A stretch of 64,000 nt of DNA from contig JBNASL010000001.1 in the NCBI GenBank assembly GCA_049717905.1, positions 7,987 through 71,986 of the forward strand, written 5' to 3'. A program made the translations under genes and the position numbers. The stretch is from Candidatus Bathyarchaeales archaeon. Its GTDB lineage: Archaea; Thermoproteota; Bathyarchaeia; Bathyarchaeales; Bathycorpusculaceae. This document shows, piece by piece, positions 60,878 to 64,000 of this stretch (position 1 is the first letter of the stretch; each line of letters begins with the position of its first letter). The notes beneath the pieces are model-generated. The model was given only the letters and a program-made list of their open reading frames with translations, was not told the origin of the DNA and did not search any database.

Positions 60878-63800
60878 ATGCCAAAGTTTGAGTCTGTACG
60901 TAAAGTTTTGGTTCTGGGCAGTGGTGCCATAAAAATTGGAGAGGCAGCAGAGTTTGATTATTCAGGAAGTCAATGCCTTAAAGCGTTAAAAGAAGAGGGC
61001 ATAGAGACTGTTTTAATCAACCCCAACATAGCCACTATTCAGACTGATCCGCGTTTAGCAGGAAAAGTTTACCTGTTGCCCGTAACGCCTGAATATGCTG
61101 AGAAAGTTATTGAAAGAGAAAGACCAGATGGGATTCTTCTCAGTTTCGGTGGGCAAACGGCGCTAAACTGTGGAGTTCAGCTTGCAAAGAAGGGCATCCT
61201 TGAAAAATATGGCGTCAAAGTTTTAGGCACTCCAATTAAGGCGATAGAGGACACTGAAGACCGGGAACTTTTTAGACAAGCAATGATTCGTGCAGGAATT
61301 CCCATTCCAAAAAGTAAATCTGCCTCATCCCTAGATGAGGCCTTTAAGGTTGCTGAGGAAATAGGGTATCCAGTTATCGTCAGAGTTGCCTACACCTTGG
61401 GAGGCAAAGGTTCAGGAGTAGCCCACAATAAAACCGAGTTAGAAGAGATTGTGAGGCGTGCTCTGGCGCAAAGCATGATCACCCAAGTGCTAGTCGAAGA
61501 ATACTTGGGACACTGGAAAGAAATTGAATACGAAGTTATGCGGGATTATGCAAACAACTGTTTAACCGTATGCAATATGGAAAACTTTGATCCCATGGGA
61601 ATCCATACTGGCGACTCAATCGTCGTAGCCCCTTCACAAACGTTAACAAACCGTGAATATCATCTGCTCCGTTCAGCTTCCATAAAAGCTGTACAAAGTT
61701 TAGGCATAGTTGGCGAATGCAACATTCAATGGGCGCTAGATCCCAAATCAGAGGAGTTCCGCGCCATAGAAATAAACGCGCGAATGTCAAGAAGTTCAGC
61801 CCTCGCCAGCAAAGCAACCGGTTACCCCCTAGCGTATATTGCGGCAAAACTTGCGATAGGCTATCTGCTTCCAGAGCTTATTAACAAGGTCACAGGAGTT
61901 ACCACGGCATGCTTTGAGCCAGCCTTGGACTACCTTGTAGTTAAGTTTCCAAGATGGGATTTCAGAAAGTTTCGGCATGTAGACAACCACATAGGCCCGC
62001 AAATGAAATCTGTTGGAGAGGTAATGGCTATTGGAAGGTGCTTCGAAGAAGCCATTCAAAAAGCAGTCCGCATGCTGGATGTTAACAAGAAAGGTTTAGT
62101 CTGCAATTCCGATGAAGACAAACCTGAACCCTTAGAGAAAATAAAGGATGCCTTGGCAAATCCAACAGACGAAAGACTTTTCAAAATAGTTAAAGCCATA
62201 AAAATGGGAATACCCACAGAGGAGATTTATAAGCTAAGCGGAATTGACCCCTTCTTCTTATACAAAATCAAAAATGTAGTGGATATGGAGAAGAGACTAC
62301 GCTCATTAAAGTCTTGGGACAGCAACTCTTTGGAAATAATTAAAGAGGCAAAACGCCTCGGGTTTTCAGATGAACAGATTGCCCTTTGCATCCAGACAGA
62401 TGAAATGACTGTAAGAGAATTGAGAAAGAAGGCGCATATACTTCCGGTAGTCAAACAGATAGATACTTTGGCGGCTGAATGGCCAGCTATGACAAACTAC
62501 CTTTATCTAACATACGGCGGAGAAGAGGATGACATAGATTTTCATACGGGTAAAAGCAAGGTTATAGTTATTGGAGCCGGCGTTTTCAGAATAGGGTCAA
62601 GCGTCGAGTTCGACTGGTGCGGGGTTAACACCATATGGGCGCTTCAAAAGTTCGGCATCCAAGAGGCGATAATGGTTAACTGCAACCCTGAAACCGTCTC
62701 AACAGATTATGACATTTCAGATAAACTCTACTTTGAAGAATTAACCTTGGAAAGGGTTTTAGATATATATGAGAAGGAAAAACCCTTAGGCGTCATAGTT
62801 AGCGTTGGAGGGCAAATTCCGAATAATTTGGCCTTAAAATTGGCAAACTCTGGTGTTAGGCTTCTTGGCACGTCAGCTGAAAACATAGACCGCGCAGAAG
62901 ATAGGGCGAAGTTCAGCGCTCTCCTAGACTATTTGAAAATTCCGCAGCCAGAGTGGAGCAAATTAACAACAATGGAAGATGCCAAAAATTTTGCAAAGAA
63001 AATAGGCTATCCAGTTTTGGTTCGCCCAAGCTACGTTCTATCAGGCTCAGCCATGAAAGTGGTCTACTCGGAAGAGGAGCTGGAAAACAGTTTGAAACTG
63101 GCAACTGAAATTTCCCGTGAGCACCCAGTAGTCGTATCCAAGTTTATTGAAGGGGCAAAGGAGACAGAAGTAGACGGGGTTTCTGACGGCGAAAATGTTT
63201 TAATCGGCGCAATCATCGAGCATGTTGAAAATGCTGGAGTGCACAGTGGCGACGCCACGATGGTTATACCACCACAAACATTGCCAAGCAATGTGCTAAA
63301 AACCATCGAGGACTACACGCACAGAATAATAAAGGCCCTTCAAGTAAAAGGACCATTCAACATTCAGTATCTAGTAAAGAACGGTGTCACTTACGTAATT
63401 GAATGCAACCTCCGTGCTTCCAGATCAATGCCTTATGTGAGCAAAACTCGCGGTATTCCTCTTATAGAGTTAGCCACTTTGGCAATGCTAGACAAAAAGA
63501 TTCCGCAAGCTGAATTAGCTCAACCCCCATCTTTCACGCATGTAGGCGTAAAGGTTCCTCAATTCAGTTTTATGCGTTTAAGCGGGGCTGACCCAGTTCT
63601 TGGCGTCGAAATGCTGAGCACAGGAGAGGTGGCGTGTTTAGGAGAAGATTTTGCAGACGCTCTTTTGAAGGCCCTGCAAGCAGCCGAGCTAAATATTCCC
63701 TTTAAGGGCGGTTCAGTCCTAATAACTGTTGGCGGCAAAGAGTTAAAGAAAAAGATTACGCCATTGGGGATGACATTAGCCGACCTTGGGTTCAAAATCT

Positions 63801-64000
63801 ATGCTACAGAGCACACTGCAGAAGCTTTGCGCAGCGCCGGAATTAACAACATAACAGTTGTATATAAAGTCAGAGAGGCAGATAAGCAGCCAAACATCCT
63901 TAACCTTCTCCAAGAAGGTAAAGTTCACCTAGTAATTAACATTCCAACAAATAACACGGAAAGTTACGCCGACGCCTTGGAAGACGAGTATACTATTCGA
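60878..64000 (+). CDS. carB: Carbamoyl-phosphate synthase large subunit, 3'-truncated by the window end
   Basis: Not in the ORF track because there is no stop in the window. ATG at 60878 gives MPKFESVRKVLVLGSGAIKIGEAAEFDYSGSQCLKALKEEGIETVLINPNIATIQTD. The frame stayed open through the roughly 400 codons I translated and is in phase with the window end. Confidence 0.93.
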   Translation, partial: MPKFESVRKVLVLGSGAIKIGEAAEFDYSGSQCLKALKEEGIETVLINPNIATIQTDPRLAGKVYLLPVTPEYAEKVIERERPDGILLSFGGQTALNCGVQLAKKGILEKYGVKVLGTPIKAIEDTEDRELFRQAMIRAGIPIPKSKSASSLDEAFKVAEEIGYPVIVRVAYTLGGKGSGVAHNKTELEEIVRRALAQSMITQVLVEEYLGHWKEIEYEVMRDYANNCLTVCNMENFDPMGIHTGDSIVVAPSQTLTNREYHLLRSASIKAVQSLGIVGECNIQWALDPKSEEFRAIEINARMSRSSALASKATGYPLAYIAAKLAIGYLLPELINKVTGVTTACFEPALDYLVVKFPRWDFRKFRHVDNHIGPQMKSVGEVMAIGRCFEEAIQKAVRMLDVNKKGLVCNSDEDKPEPLEKIKDALANPTDERLFKIVKAIKMGIPTEEIYKLSGIDPFFLYKIKNVVDMEKRLRSLKSWDSNSLEIIKEAKRLGFSDEQIALCIQTDEMTVRELRKKAHILPVVKQIDTLAAEWPAMTNYLYLTYGGEEDDIDFHTGKSKVIVIGAGVFRIGSSVEFDWCGVNTIWALQKFGIQEAIMVNCNPETVSTDYDISDKLYFEELTLERVLDIYEKEKPLGVIVSVGGQIPNNLALKLANSGVRLLGTSAENIDRAEDRAKFSALLDYLKIPQPEWSKLTTMEDAKNFAKKIGYPVLVRPSYVLSGSAMKVVYSEEELENSLKLATEISREHPVVVSKFIEGAKETEVDGVSDGENVLIGAIIEHVENAGVHSGDATMVIPPQTLPSNVLKTIEDYTHRIIKALQVKGPFNIQYLVKNGVTYVIECNLRASRSMPYVSKTRGIPLIELATLAMLDKKIPQAELAQPPSFTHVGVKVPQFSFMRLSGADPVLGVEMLSTGEVACLGEDFADALLKALQAAELNIPFKGGSVLITVGGKELKKKITPLGMTLADLGFKIYATEHTAEALRSAGINNITVVYKVREADKQPNILNLLQEGKVHLVINIPTNNTESYADALEDEYTIR

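Overview
This is a densely coded archaeal chromosomal segment, annotated by hand from the sequence and ORF track with no searches run. Elf1 together with both PolD subunits suggests a non-crenarchaeal TACK lineage such as Bathyarchaeia, Thaumarchaeota or Korarchaeota, but that is inference only. Most of the window is core housekeeping. It holds ribosomal proteins L23/L4/L3, L10e and L21e, and RNA polymerase subunits L and F. It also holds exosome Csl4, Dph2, PEP synthase, KsgA, Pus10, SRP54, aIF5A, Alba, Sec61beta, NAD kinase, NadE and GGGP synthase. Also present are XPD, PolD DP2 and DP1, and Orc1/Cdc6. The right third is a lysine/arginine supercluster: homoaconitase-like genes, lysW-X-Y-Z-J-K, argG, argH, carA and carB. 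The lysW gene (58 aa) and carB (open-ended) are missing from the ORF track. The most unusual part is 35.8-41.6 kb. A 784-bp AT-rich intergenic region upstream of orc1/cdc6 carries three ORB-like elements and is a candidate oriC. Directly beside it is a five-gene island. It contains an overlapping NurA-like nuclease and HerA-like ATPase pair led by a small winged-helix (wHTH) gene. It also contains a membrane-anchored coiled-coil wHTH protein and a Tfx-like HTH protein. The island is bounded and internally punctuated by arrays of a TCACA-core motif, including a TGTGATGTGTGA direct repeat and TGACGTCA palindromes, and the same core recurs inside the origin. Other points are an intron-containing tRNA-Ser(CGA), an unlisted Sec61beta gene, a LysX ligase with a roughly 70-aa insertion, and a possibly broken LysE-type gene. 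Many genes appear to start with GTG or TTG. No CRISPR array, rRNA, transposase or integrase was seen. Coordinates of small features were counted by hand and may be off by 1-2 nt.
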